Source of the DNA: a virus
Lineage: Duplodnaviria; Caudoviricetes
IMG/VR virus record: IMGVR_UViG_3300021368_000002
Length of the DNA stretch: 64,000 nucleotides
Strand: one strand, 5' to 3'
Under the pieces are notes generated by a model. It had not been told where the DNA came from. It did not search any database and saw nothing but the letters and a program-made list of their open reading frames with translations. Every line of letters starts with the position of its first letter. Within the stretch, counting starts at the first letter, position 1. The position numbers were made by a program, and so were the translations under genes. Shown piece after piece: positions 10,458-18,559 of the stretch.

Positions 10458-11750
10458 TCAACTTACCTTAAGAAGCACAGTATCAGGATTGCATCTACCG
10501 TTTAATTTTGTATCAGTAGTCTTAATCTCATCCAAGAACTTACGCAATTTAACTTTTCCTGCCCCTTTGAACTCTTTCAATTGCTCGTCAGGTTTACGTA
10601 ATGTTTTTTGTATGCTTAACTGTTCATCAAATTGTGTGATAGTTGTTCCTTTAACGCTAAGGCCACTGCCTTCTCTACCCATCCCTTTTGGATCAATATT
10701 TTTTGCAACATACCTGCCTAACTTACGTGTCTTGATATTAAACACCCAAAGTTCACTTGCACCTACGATTTGATCTGGGCTAATACTTGCTAGTTGATAC
10801 TTACTATCAACTTTCATAAACTTTAATTTCTCTACAAGTTTTGTAGCACTCTTCGGCTTTGCTTTTCTAGGTTTACGTGTAGCTTTAGCAGTGTCAATAA
10901 CAAAGTCTAATGCACTTAGCAATTCAGTAATAGCAATAGTATACTGCTTAATGTCTGCTTTTTTAAGATGACTATAACCTTCTTTCAACTGTAACCATAA
11001 GTCTGCTTCTAGCTCTCCCATCTTTTTAAGTTGGCCGGCAGTTGGCATTCTTTCAAGTTCTTTAAAATCATCTAGCTCGTGTTCGTAAAAGCTCTTTAGT
11101 TTTCTTGCATGAGCTTGTGTTACACCAGTTTCTGAAAAGTGTTTTTTAAAGTCAAATCCTTTAGGATCAAATTCTTTTTTGTTCAAGATCCAGCCTTCAA
11201 GCCATTCTTCTATAGCCTCGCTTTGTTTAAATGCCTGGTCTCGGATACGTTCTTGGATACTAGGAACGTAAACATTTTTCTTTGCTTTTTCTTCTTCCTG
11301 CTTTACTTCTACAACTTTACTTCCTGCTTCAATAGCACGTTCAATGCGTTCTTTCAAAAACTTTGATGCAGGTTGCACACTGCCCATTGTACCAGGCAAA
11401 CTTTCCCAATATTCGTTTTCTTTAGGATTATAATCTGGCATCCCATCTAGCAACTGTTTGGCAACAATAGCGGCAGTTACACTCAGTTCATAACTAGGAG
11501 CAGCTTTTGCGTGTTTGATCTGTTCTTTGGTATATCCATTATCGGCCATCCATTTGTATGTATGTGGATATAGATCTTGTGGCTTGTAGTTTTCGTAATA
11601 AAAAGATCTGCTAACATCGCGGAAGCGATGATAATCTTTTCCTTCCCAATCTTCCCAACCTTCCCAGCTAGGTGCTTGTAATTTATTACCTCTTTTTACA
11701 CGAGGTGCTGCTCTCACTGTTTTCTTTTTTCTTGCTTTAGGCAATGCCAT
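10458..11750 (-). CDS. Conserved phage protein, unknown function
   Basis: 430-aa ORF with SD, Lys-rich N-terminus. Confidence 0.6.
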   Translation of the reverse strand: MALPKARKKKTVRAAPRVKRGNKLQAPSWEGWEDWEGKDYHRFRDVSRSFYYENYKPQDLYPHTYKWMADNGYTKEQIKHAKAAPSYELSVTAAIVAKQLLDGMPDYNPKENEYWESLPGTMGSVQPASKFLKERIERAIEAGSKVVEVKQEEEKAKKNVYVPSIQERIRDQAFKQSEAIEEWLEGWILNKKEFDPKGFDFKKHFSETGVTQAHARKLKSFYEHELDDFKELERMPTAGQLKKMGELEADLWLQLKEGYSHLKKADIKQYTIAITELLSALDFVIDTAKATRKPRKAKPKSATKLVEKLKFMKVDSKYQLASISPDQIVGASELWVFNIKTRKLGRYVAKNIDPKGMGREGSGLSVKGTTITQFDEQLSIQKTLRKPDEQLKEFKGAGKVKLRKFLDEIKTTDTKLNGRCNPDTVLLKVS

Positions 11751-11776
11751 AATCTATCTCCGCTTTCTTTTATATA

Positions 11777-12151
11777 TTAATCGCCGAAATCAAACAAGTC
11801 CATTCCGAAATTACCCATTGTATTAGGTGGAGGACTTTTTTTTGGTTTTGCTTTTTTTGCTGGTGCTTTTTTCTTATCTAAGTTACGCACTTCTTTCAAT
11901 CCGCCTTTTACACGTTCTGGATATTCACCAAGGTATGTGCCTGCGTTTAAATCATCTACGGTTATGTGATGTTTATGAAAGTGTTCTATGTTATCCCACT
12001 CTTTGAGCATGGTTTTGCCCATTTGATCAAAAAAAGCATCAGAAAAAATAGGATCGGATTCAACATAGTAAGCGTATGCTGCCATCAAGTACCAGGGTAC
12101 ATATAGATTTTTGTTTTTTTCTAACAAACTAGCAGCATACGCTTCAAGCAT
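11777..12151 (-). CDS. Stand-alone protein resembling the N-terminal Ia domain of NAD+-dependent DNA ligase
   Basis: AYAYYVESDPIFSDAFFD resembles the LigA Y-Y-x-x-x-P-x-x-S-D-x-x-Y/F-D motif. Confidence 0.5.
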   Translation of the reverse strand: MLEAYAASLLEKNKNLYVPWYLMAAYAYYVESDPIFSDAFFDQMGKTMLKEWDNIEHFHKHHITVDDLNAGTYLGEYPERVKGGLKEVRNLDKKKAPAKKAKPKKSPPPNTMGNFGMDLFDFGD

Positions 12152-12662
12152 TTACAAGCTCGTCTAAGTTGATAGGTTTATAATTAATCTGTTCAACACA
12201 AACGCACTTGTATGGTCCATCGGGCGAAGGATTACTGTGGATATGTCCGTGGGCATTAAGCAACGGACCGTCTCCCCATCTATGCCTTTCACCTAGTGTT
12301 GACTCATGCAATGGAGTATGAGTACAAATAACACCAGGTAATTCTATCCACAGCTGAATGTCCTTAAAGAAAGGAGCAAGAAACTTTACATTATCGTGGT
12401 TACCTAGCACAAGTCTTTTCTTACCAGGCAACTTTGCAAAGTTTGCTTCTAACCAATCTACTTTGTTTTCACCAAAAAGGACATCGCCACAATGGATAAC
12501 TGTATCGGCAGGCTTTACAGTGTCTGCCCAGTTATCTAACATAACTTGGTTCATTTGATCAACATTATCAAATGACCTAGGAGGAAGCCCTGCATAATCC
12601 TTGAAGTTAAGGATCTTTGCATGGTTAAAGTGTGTATCGCTGATTAACCAAATATCGGCCAT
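12144..12662 (-). CDS. Calcineurin-like metallophosphoesterase
   Basis: SDTHFNH, HCGD, LGNHD, THTP, HGHIH motifs. Confidence 0.85.
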   Translation of the reverse strand: MADIWLISDTHFNHAKILNFKDYAGLPPRSFDNVDQMNQVMLDNWADTVKPADTVIHCGDVLFGENKVDWLEANFAKLPGKKRLVLGNHDNVKFLAPFFKDIQLWIELPGVICTHTPLHESTLGERHRWGDGPLLNAHGHIHSNPSPDGPYKCVCVEQINYKPINLDELVNA

Positions 12663-12698
12663 GACGCCCCTCTTGCTTTTTTGTTACGCTATGTTTAT

Positions 12699-12727
12699 AT
12701 TATAATAGGATCAGGACCGTTTGTCAA
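12699..12727 (-). promoter_or_regulatory. Consensus sigma70 promoter
   Basis: TTGACA-17 nt-TATAAT. Confidence 0.8.
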
Positions 12728-13185
12728 CCGTTATGTTCCTTGTATGTGCCAAAAACATGGTCCCATATTGGAAAAAATAAGCTGTAATTATTTTTCCAAT
12801 ACTTATGATGGACTAGATGTGTTTTTCCTGCACTAAACGGCCAAATGTCAAATTTTGGATTATGCTCGACCCATTCTTGTATAAAGCCTGTCCAAATCCA
12901 ATACCAAACAAAAATCCACCAATGTCCTGTGACAGCACAAAACGCAAGAGTAGGAATAACTTCTGTAACCCATAAGTCAGCTGTACTTCCCCAATCGTCG
13001 CTCCAGAGGAATATATTTTGCCACATCCATTGTGGTTGTCCTCCTAAAACATATTGATGATGCTGCCAATGTATATCTTTAAGGTATGGAGTTACATGGC
13101 ATATGCGGTGAACCCAATATAATAGACAAGTCCAAATAAAAAACATAATAGGGTATATAACTACTTCCATCTTGGATTGGTCCAT
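12724..13185 (-). CDS. Sterol desaturase / fatty-acid hydroxylase family membrane protein
   Basis: His boxes YWVHRICH, HWQHH, HLVHH and NYSLFFPIWDHVFGT. Confidence 0.8.
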   Translation of the reverse strand: MDQSKMEVVIYPIMFFIWTCLLYWVHRICHVTPYLKDIHWQHHQYVLGGQPQWMWQNIFLWSDDWGSTADLWVTEVIPTLAFCAVTGHWWIFVWYWIWTGFIQEWVEHNPKFDIWPFSAGKTHLVHHKYWKNNYSLFFPIWDHVFGTYKEHNG

Positions 13186-13808
13186 TCTTCTTTTAGTTCA
13201 GGTCTTGGTACAAACATCCTGTGTAGGTATTTATTTTCTATAATGTCAACGTACTCTGGTGTAGGATTACCAGTCCACGGTGCACCTATGCATAGAGTTA
13301 GTTTTTGTGTATCGCCAGGCTCTAGTCCGTGTGGATGACTGCCATCTAAAATATAGGTATCATAACAATCAGGCACGTATACCTTTTCGTATCTGCTGTT
13401 TATAAAATAAAGTCTATCTATTTCACCTGTTAAAGCAATTCTAAATTTGTGTTGCAATGTTCCTACTTCTTCAGCTTGGCTATCTAAATGTTCATTTAAT
13501 CCAAATCCAGGAGGTGTTTTTAGAATTGTAACTCTACCCTCAGGGCACATCCATTTGAATATTTTGTTTTCTAATATGTTTTGCAATGTAGGACACATTG
13601 CTCCTGCTTCTGTGTATATTAGCTCGCCCTTTGCTATATTATTTTTTAAGCCGCCACTGTTATATATAGGAAGCATATGACAGCCTCTAAAACTGTCGTA
13701 ATACCACATTTCGTTTGGCGTTGCTAACACTTCATTTGTAATTGTAATTTTTGTTTGGGCATTTATTCCTAAGTCAAATGCACAAAAGGTAATATCATTC
13801 AGTTGCAT
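13161..13808 (-). CDS. Asp/Asn beta-hydroxylase-like 2OG-Fe(II) oxygenase
   Basis: GLNEHLDS (HxD), HKFRIAL, LDGSHPHG cupin-type motifs. Confidence 0.6.
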   Translation of the reverse strand: MQLNDITFCAFDLGINAQTKITITNEVLATPNEMWYYDSFRGCHMLPIYNSGGLKNNIAKGELIYTEAGAMCPTLQNILENKIFKWMCPEGRVTILKTPPGFGLNEHLDSQAEEVGTLQHKFRIALTGEIDRLYFINSRYEKVYVPDCYDTYILDGSHPHGLEPGDTQKLTLCIGAPWTGNPTPEYVDIIENKYLHRMFVPRPELKEEWTNPRWK

Positions 13809-14157
13809 CTCTTGTAAAGTATCTTGTTTTTATATTTTCAGGTTTAAAAAAGGTGTTTACTAAGTCTATCACAGTCCTAGTGTCAAATGTTTTGCAAGAA
13901 AACACATCCATGTAAAAATTACCATCTTTATCACAAAAGTGACAGGTGATGTTACTAGTTTCAATAAGTTGTACTAGAGTGTAACCTGCTTTATCGGGAT
14001 CGTGTGTGGCAAAATGTTCTACAATTGGATCTCCATATGGAACCATATCTATTCGTTCAACTAAAGTATTGCTGAACTCTTTGATTGTATCACTATTTGT
14101 CACAGCATCCATGTCGCCTGCTTTGCAATCTAGTGTTAAGTGGTATCCCCAGCTCAT
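13795..14157 (-). CDS. speD: S-adenosylmethionine decarboxylase proenzyme
   Basis: GYHLTLD, GYTLVQLIET-SNITCHF (self-cleavage site), MDVFSCKTFD. Confidence 0.85.
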   Translation of the reverse strand: MSWGYHLTLDCKAGDMDAVTNSDTIKEFSNTLVERIDMVPYGDPIVEHFATHDPDKAGYTLVQLIETSNITCHFCDKDGNFYMDVFSCKTFDTRTVIDLVNTFFKPENIKTRYFTRDATE

Positions 14158-14178
14158 AATAATAATTATCCTTCCTTT

Positions 14179-15636
14179 TTAAACCGACATTAATTTTTGA
14201 TAGTATTCTTCTTTCTTTTTGTTCGTATCCATTCTAATACGTAGTCTTGTCTTTTCCCATGGTTCGTTGTTAAGTATATCAAAAACGTCAGGCAGACTAT
14301 ATCCTAGTCCTAATATTCGTCCTATAAATGTAGCACTTGCAAACTTCCGTTTATTAGCAATAAATGGATCGGCATTTATACTATCCATAATCTCCTTGCC
14401 TTGTGTTCTTGTCATTATAGGACTTTCCCATTCAAAAGTATCTTTATTAAAACTGTACCCGTACTTTTCAGGATCGTCACCCATTTTATTTCCTGCTCTC
14501 CCATCTTTTGATTCTTTTAGTGTCAAAAGATTTAGTTCGAATGCATCAATAGGACAATCTGGGTTTTTCAAATAATCTACCGTATCCATAATACTGCTTA
14601 CAGGTTCTTCAGGTAATCCTATTATAAAATTAGCAGATACTAAAACATCGTCCTTCCAGTACTCTTTACAATCTACAAGTATATCCTTAATCCTTCCTGC
14701 ATCCATTCCTTTACCTATTGCTTTACCTGCTAGTGGATGAAAAGTTTCAATTCCAAAAGCAAGTCCTATGGCACCGCTATCTTTTAACAAAGGAATCATT
14801 TGAGGATACCTGACTATCATATCTATCCTGCCATACGATGTATATTCGAAATTAAACGGCAATTTTTGTTTAACTCTTGCAAGTGCTTCTAGCTTTAGAA
14901 CGCTTTCGTTAACAAGCTCGTCAGCTAACATATACTGTGTTATGCCGTATCTTTCATAATTATACATAAGTTCTTCATAAAGAGTGTTTTCAGCTTTTGT
15001 CCAATCTCCTATTTTTTTGCCTATTAAATCAAAAAAGCAATATGAACATTTAAATATACATCCTCTAGCAAGTTCTAATGGTAATGCTTCGCCCGGAAGT
15101 ATTATGTCGTTATCTTGCCATACAATTTTACTAGTCGCAAATTCTTCTTGTGTGTAAAAATAATCATCACCGTTGATGTGTATTGTGTGTCTGCCTTTTT
15201 TACAAATTAAGTCATCCCCGTATTTTAAATGTTTAGCAAGGGCAACAGCAGCATGATCGCCTTTGTTAATTACAGCATAGTCTATATAAGGCCAATCACT
15301 TGCGTAATCTATCTGAGGGCCGCCTACTACAATTTTAACTTTTGGATTTATGCTCCTAGCATGGTCGATTAAATCGATTAAATGTTCTTCTAACAACCCC
15401 CATTCATTTTTATCCCTCCATCCAGTAAGTAATGTAACACTAATGCCTATAAAATATGTTTCTTCATTTACAAACTTATCAATTAATTTTTTTATTCTGT
15501 TATGTCCTAGAAATCTAATACTATCTATAACTTGTGTAGGAAAACCGTTTGCACGAAGCTCTGTAGCAACTTTATAAGTTCCTGCATATTTTCCATAACC
15601 TGGAGTTGTTCCAACATCAGTAAGTAATAATATCAT
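14179..15636 (-). CDS. B12-binding radical SAM protein
   Basis: RGCIFKCSYC (CxxxCxxC), N-terminal cobalamin-binding-like region with IVVGG, FGIETF, FIIGLPEE. Confidence 0.85.
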   Translation of the reverse strand: MILLLTDVGTTPGYGKYAGTYKVATELRANGFPTQVIDSIRFLGHNRIKKLIDKFVNEETYFIGISVTLLTGWRDKNEWGLLEEHLIDLIDHARSINPKVKIVVGGPQIDYASDWPYIDYAVINKGDHAAVALAKHLKYGDDLICKKGRHTIHINGDDYFYTQEEFATSKIVWQDNDIILPGEALPLELARGCIFKCSYCFFDLIGKKIGDWTKAENTLYEELMYNYERYGITQYMLADELVNESVLKLEALARVKQKLPFNFEYTSYGRIDMIVRYPQMIPLLKDSGAIGLAFGIETFHPLAGKAIGKGMDAGRIKDILVDCKEYWKDDVLVSANFIIGLPEEPVSSIMDTVDYLKNPDCPIDAFELNLLTLKESKDGRAGNKMGDDPEKYGYSFNKDTFEWESPIMTRTQGKEIMDSINADPFIANKRKFASATFIGRILGLGYSLPDVFDILNNEPWEKTRLRIRMDTNKKKEEYYQKLMSV

Positions 15637-16220
15637 AAGGCTTGAAGTAGGCTCCGAACTTGCTCAATTTTTAAACTAGGTATTGTAATATAAACAAAAA
15701 GTGTATATCCTTCGGATACCACACCATGTGGCTGTTCAGTATTCAATAGCACTGGCACATATTTAGTATGCCTATATGAAGTATTCCAGTTTTCGGAAGT
15801 AATATATTTTAATGTTTTATCTTTTGGTAGATAGTAATTTTTTGTGATAAATTCACTATCTGCATTATTTAGAGTAGGCCAGTATGTAATTCTGCGTGTA
15901 AAGTCTCCTTCAATAGGGATAGCTAGATTGCAATATCTTTGTAAATGTGCAGGCTTACCTGGTGCAGCATCTGTATGAATATTACACTCGTGGTCTGTAT
16001 CTATTACACTAAATTGAAAATTATCAAGTTTTATGTATTTTTTAATAATAGATTTAACTTTTGTTTTAAATTCAGCATTAGTAAATTTTAAAGGCAAGTC
16101 TAACTTTTTTTCATAAATTTCATCTCTATCAGTCTTTACAAATATGTCACTTTGGTAATTTAATTTGCTTAGTTCTTCAGCAAGAGGAGTTAATTCTGTC
16201 AAGGGATAATAATATAACAT
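15633..16220 (-). CDS. Hypothetical protein, possible cupin/2OG oxygenase
   Basis: IHTD and PVLLNTEQPHGV resemble an HxD...H facial triad. Confidence 0.45.
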   Translation of the reverse strand: MLYYYPLTELTPLAEELSKLNYQSDIFVKTDRDEIYEKKLDLPLKFTNAEFKTKVKSIIKKYIKLDNFQFSVIDTDHECNIHTDAAPGKPAHLQRYCNLAIPIEGDFTRRITYWPTLNNADSEFITKNYYLPKDKTLKYITSENWNTSYRHTKYVPVLLNTEQPHGVVSEGYTLFVYITIPSLKIEQVRSLLQAL

Positions 16221-16236
16221 ATGGTATTTAATAAAT

Positions 16237-16311
16237 TGGAGTTACGGGCCGGATTCGAACCGGCGTAAAACAGTTTTGCAGACTGTTGCATATCCTCTCT
16301 GCCACCGCAAC
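16237..16311 (-). tRNA. tRNA-Cys(GCA)
   Basis: GTTGCGG...ACAGT CTGCAAA ACTGT...GGTTCGAATCC...CCGTAAC T CCA; U73 discriminator. Confidence 0.95.
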
Positions 16312-16312
16312 A

Positions 16313-16389
16313 TGGTCGGGGATGCAGGATTCGAACCTGCGACCTCTCGCTCCCAAAGCGAGCGCACTACCAGACTGTGCTAATCCCCG
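16313..16389 (-). tRNA. tRNA-Pro(TGG)
   Basis: CGGGGAT...CTCGC TTTGGGA GCGAG...GGTTCGAATCC...ATCCCCG A CCA. Confidence 0.95.
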
Positions 16390-16463
16390 TGGCATCGGTG
16401 GACGGAGTCGAACCGCCGCTTTTGGTTTTGGAGACCAACGTGCTACCATAACACTTCACCGAC
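16390..16463 (-). tRNA. tRNA-Trp(CCA)
   Basis: GTCGGTG...TTGGT CTCCAAA ACCAA...GGTTCGACTCC...CACCGAT G CCA. Confidence 0.95.
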
Positions 16464-16497
16464 AAAAAAAGCCCCTAACAGTATTAGTGCTAGGGGC
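16464..16497 (-). terminator. Intrinsic terminator (attenuator 3:4 helix) abutting the tRNA-Trp 5' end
   Basis: GCCCCTAGCA-CTAATAC-TGTTAGGGGC followed by T7. Confidence 0.9.
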
Positions 16498-16529
16498 GTA
16501 TCTTAAATAACTTTTTTTATAAAGTCGTG

Positions 16530-16592
16530 TTAAGACATACCCCCTTTCGGTGGACACCACGGTAATACTTGTGTTGCGTTTGTCTTAATCAC
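16530..16592 (-). CDS. Putative attenuator leader peptide MIKTNATQVLPWCPPKGGMS
   Basis: GTG start with AAGGA SD upstream; codons 11-15 CCG TGG TGT CCA CCG; TAA stop lies within the antiterminator arm. Confidence 0.75.
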   Translation of the reverse strand: MIKTNATQVLPWCPPKGGMS

Positions 16593-16621
16593 GTATCTAT
16601 TCCTTCTGTTAGTATGTAATT

Positions 16622-16650
16622 ACTATACTACATTTATTTATGTTTGTCAA
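16622..16650 (-). promoter_or_regulatory. sigma70 promoter for the leader + tRNA-Trp/Pro/Cys unit
   Basis: TTGACA-17 nt-TATAGT. Confidence 0.85.
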
Positions 16651-16666
16651 CCTTTTTTGGTAACAG

Positions 16667-16756
16667 TGGCGGTGGGTCAGGGATTCGAACCCTGGAAAGG
16701 CTTTCACCTTTGCTGGTTTTCAAGACCAGTGCATTCAACCGCTCTGCCAACCCACC
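16667..16756 (-). tRNA. tRNA-Ser(TGA)
   Basis: CTGGT CTTGAAA ACCAG anticodon arm, long variable arm, encoded CCA. Confidence 0.95.
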
Positions 16757-16917
16757 TACTTTATTTTTTCAACTTCACTTCTAGCTTTTTGGCCACAGTG
16801 TGGACAGTGAAAGCTAAACCTTTCTATTGATATTTCTTCCATTGTTGCGTAGGTGAACCAGCCTTTGCATTTATTGCAAGTCAAATGCCAAATAGTTTCT
16901 TTGACGGCTGTGAACAT
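16756..16917 (-). CDS. 53-aa zinc-ribbon protein (missing from ORF track)
   Basis: MFTAVKETIWHLTCNKCKGWFTYATMEEISIERFSFHCPHCGQKARSEVEKIK; CxxC...CxxC; TAAATA motif upstream. Confidence 0.7.
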   Translation of the reverse strand: MFTAVKETIWHLTCNKCKGWFTYATMEEISIERFSFHCPHCGQKARSEVEKIK

Positions 16918-16925
16918 GAAAGTAT

Positions 16926-17333
16926 TTATTCATGTTCTCCTCCAGGATCGTTTGGATCAAGTGTCACCTTTTCACCATTTATCCACATATACTGTCGTGT
17001 GCGACTTACACTGTGATATCCAGGGCGCAAGTTAAAAAGTTTGTTAACCTTTTGAGGATTCTTATCTGCTGCATTTAGTGTTACCGCAGTGATAAAAACA
17101 CCTGTGATCAGTGCAATGTGAAATACGGCACTAATACCAAATGCCATTGTGCTACCAACCATTACAGCAAAAATGCCTGACCACATAAACGCTAAAACTT
17201 GGAACACCATATGTGCTACTCTTGGATCAAGTTTGCGTAGTGACGATCCTTCGATGGTCATTACACTATCCCATGCTTCTTTTAAACTTAAAATTGAATT
17301 TGCCCATCCAATGGGTCTTACTTGTTTTGTCAC
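16926..17333 (-). CDS. Hypothetical membrane protein
   Basis: Two hydrophobic segments; GGAG SD before GTG. Confidence 0.6.
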   Translation of the reverse strand: MTKQVRPIGWANSILSLKEAWDSVMTIEGSSLRKLDPRVAHMVFQVLAFMWSGIFAVMVGSTMAFGISAVFHIALITGVFITAVTLNAADKNPQKVNKLFNLRPGYHSVSRTRQYMWINGEKVTLDPNDPGGEHE

Positions 17334-17518
17334 GTCACTCTCCGTGTGTCTGTGTTGGTGCGCCTGGAGGGACTTGAACCCCCACGCCGTGAAGCACTAG
17401 AACCTAAATCTAGCGTGTCTACCAATTTCACCACAGGCGCTTTTCTTCTAACACGACAAATAGGGCAGAATCTTCCTTCCGGCAATTCGAAATTACATTC
17501 AGGACAGTTTTCTACCAT
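17330..17518 (-). CDS. Zn-ribbon ORF that reads through tRNA-Leu
   Basis: AGGAGG SD; MVENCPEC...FCPIC; no stop until after the tRNA. Confidence 0.5.
   Translation of the reverse strand: MVENCPECNFELPEGRFCPICRVRRKAPVVKLVDTLDLGSSASRRGGSSPSRRTNTDTRRVT
17356..17440 (-). tRNA. tRNA-Leu(TAG)
   Basis: CTAGA TTTAGGT TCTAG anticodon arm, variable arm, encoded CCA. Confidence 0.95.
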
Positions 17519-17534
17519 ATTTGCCTCCTTAAAA

Positions 17535-17610
17535 TGGTGCTGGTTGAGAGACTCGAACTCCCGACCTGAGGTTTACAAAACCCCTGCTCTACCAACTGAG
17601 CTAAACCAGC
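17535..17610 (-). tRNA. tRNA-Thr(TGT)
   Basis: GGGGT TTTGTAA ACCTC anticodon arm; AGTTCGAGTCT T-loop; encoded CCA. Confidence 0.95.
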
Positions 17611-17615
17611 GTGTG

Positions 17616-17813
17616 TTACTTAGTCAATTTAAAATAAATTGCCTCGTTATTTTGATTATCAAGAACAGTTAAAGCTGGAACGCCTGATGGCGTAGTTTTA
17701 CCTACATACTCCCAGCTATAGCCATCCTTGTATTGGCTTTCTGCTGTTCCGAAGAACTCTTGATGTTCCCACATAAACAGTGCGCCTACTAATGCTATAA
17801 CAAACATTTTCAC
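17616..17813 (-). CDS. Small exported hypothetical protein
   Basis: AGGAGG SD, GTG start, hydrophobic N-terminus. Confidence 0.6.
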   Translation of the reverse strand: MKMFVIALVGALFMWEHQEFFGTAESQYKDGYSWEYVGKTTPSGVPALTVLDNQNNEAIYFKLTK

Positions 17814-17824
17814 CTCCTAGTAGT

Positions 17825-17898
17825 TGGAGCGGGTAACGAGAATCGAACTCGTATCCTCAGCTTGGAAGGCTGCGATAATACCATTATACTATACCCGC
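17825..17898 (-). tRNA. tRNA-Gly(TCC)
   Basis: GCAGC CTTCCAA GCTG anticodon arm; encoded CCA. Confidence 0.95.
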
Positions 17899-17901
17899 AT
17901 C

Positions 17902-17990
17902 TGGCGGAGGGTGTGGGAGTCGAACCCACTCTACGCTTTACACGTAGTACGGATTAGCAATCCGCTGCATTACCGTCCTGCCCACCCTCC
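17902..17990 (-). tRNA. tRNA-Ser(GCT)
   Basis: CGGAT TGCTAA TCCG anticodon arm, long variable arm, encoded CCA. Confidence 0.95.
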
Positions 17991-17991
17991 T

Positions 17992-18489
17992 TTAATTAGC
18001 GTTAATACTCACACTAATTGGAATTTGATCTCCAACATTATATTTGTTATAAGTGTAACTGCGTCCTTGGATACCGTTCCAGCTATACCAAATTGTATAG
18101 TTTTTGATCTGTTGTGACTGCTCAGTAGTGAAGCGTTTTTCACAACGTTGTTCTTGTTTGTAACCTACGATAGCCTGGCGATTGTTCTTTTTATCAGCAG
18201 CTATCATGCCTCCTAGCACAGCACCTGCGGCTGCACCATTATCTTTGTTAGTGACACCTTTACCAATTAGTCCACCGATGATCATTCCGCCTAGCACATC
18301 TCCTGCACTAGCACCACCGCCAGCGTTTCCGTAAATTGGTACTTCTACATTATAACATTCTGTAGTCGGAATATTCTGAGTTACAGTTACCCAATTAGGA
18401 TCAACTCGTGTAATTTCGGCGTAACGTGTATCTGCTTGAGCGGTCGACGCTACTGCGCAAAAGGCTACACCAGCTAGTAACTTTTTCAT
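17992..18489 (-). CDS. Glycine-zipper 2TM exported protein (YcfJ-like)
   Basis: Signal peptide; GGMIIGGLIG...GAAAGAVLGG zipper; TTGACT-17-TATACT promoter upstream. Confidence 0.8.
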   Translation of the reverse strand: MKKLLAGVAFCAVASTAQADTRYAEITRVDPNWVTVTQNIPTTECYNVEVPIYGNAGGGASAGDVLGGMIIGGLIGKGVTNKDNGAAAGAVLGGMIAADKKNNRQAIVGYKQEQRCEKRFTTEQSQQIKNYTIWYSWNGIQGRSYTYNKYNVGDQIPISVSINAN

Positions 18490-18559
18490 TTTGTACTCCT
18501 ATTTTCTTACCTTATATTTATAGTATAGTATCACTTAATACAAAAGTCAAGAACTTTTT

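Noticed and set aside
16228-16510. ORFs 16228-16449(-) and 16286-16510(+) over the tRNA trio
   Set aside because: They are translations of tRNA sequence with no SD; unlike 17330-17518 they have no protein-like segment.
16464-16620. T-box riboswitch as the explanation for the leader
   Set aside because: No T-box consensus (UGGNACC-type bulge) or Stem I specifier loop; the leader is short and has a translatable ORF, so classical attenuation fits better.
17824-18117. 97-aa plus-strand ORF over tRNA-Gly/Ser
   Set aside because: Antisense to tRNAs; typical shadow ORF.
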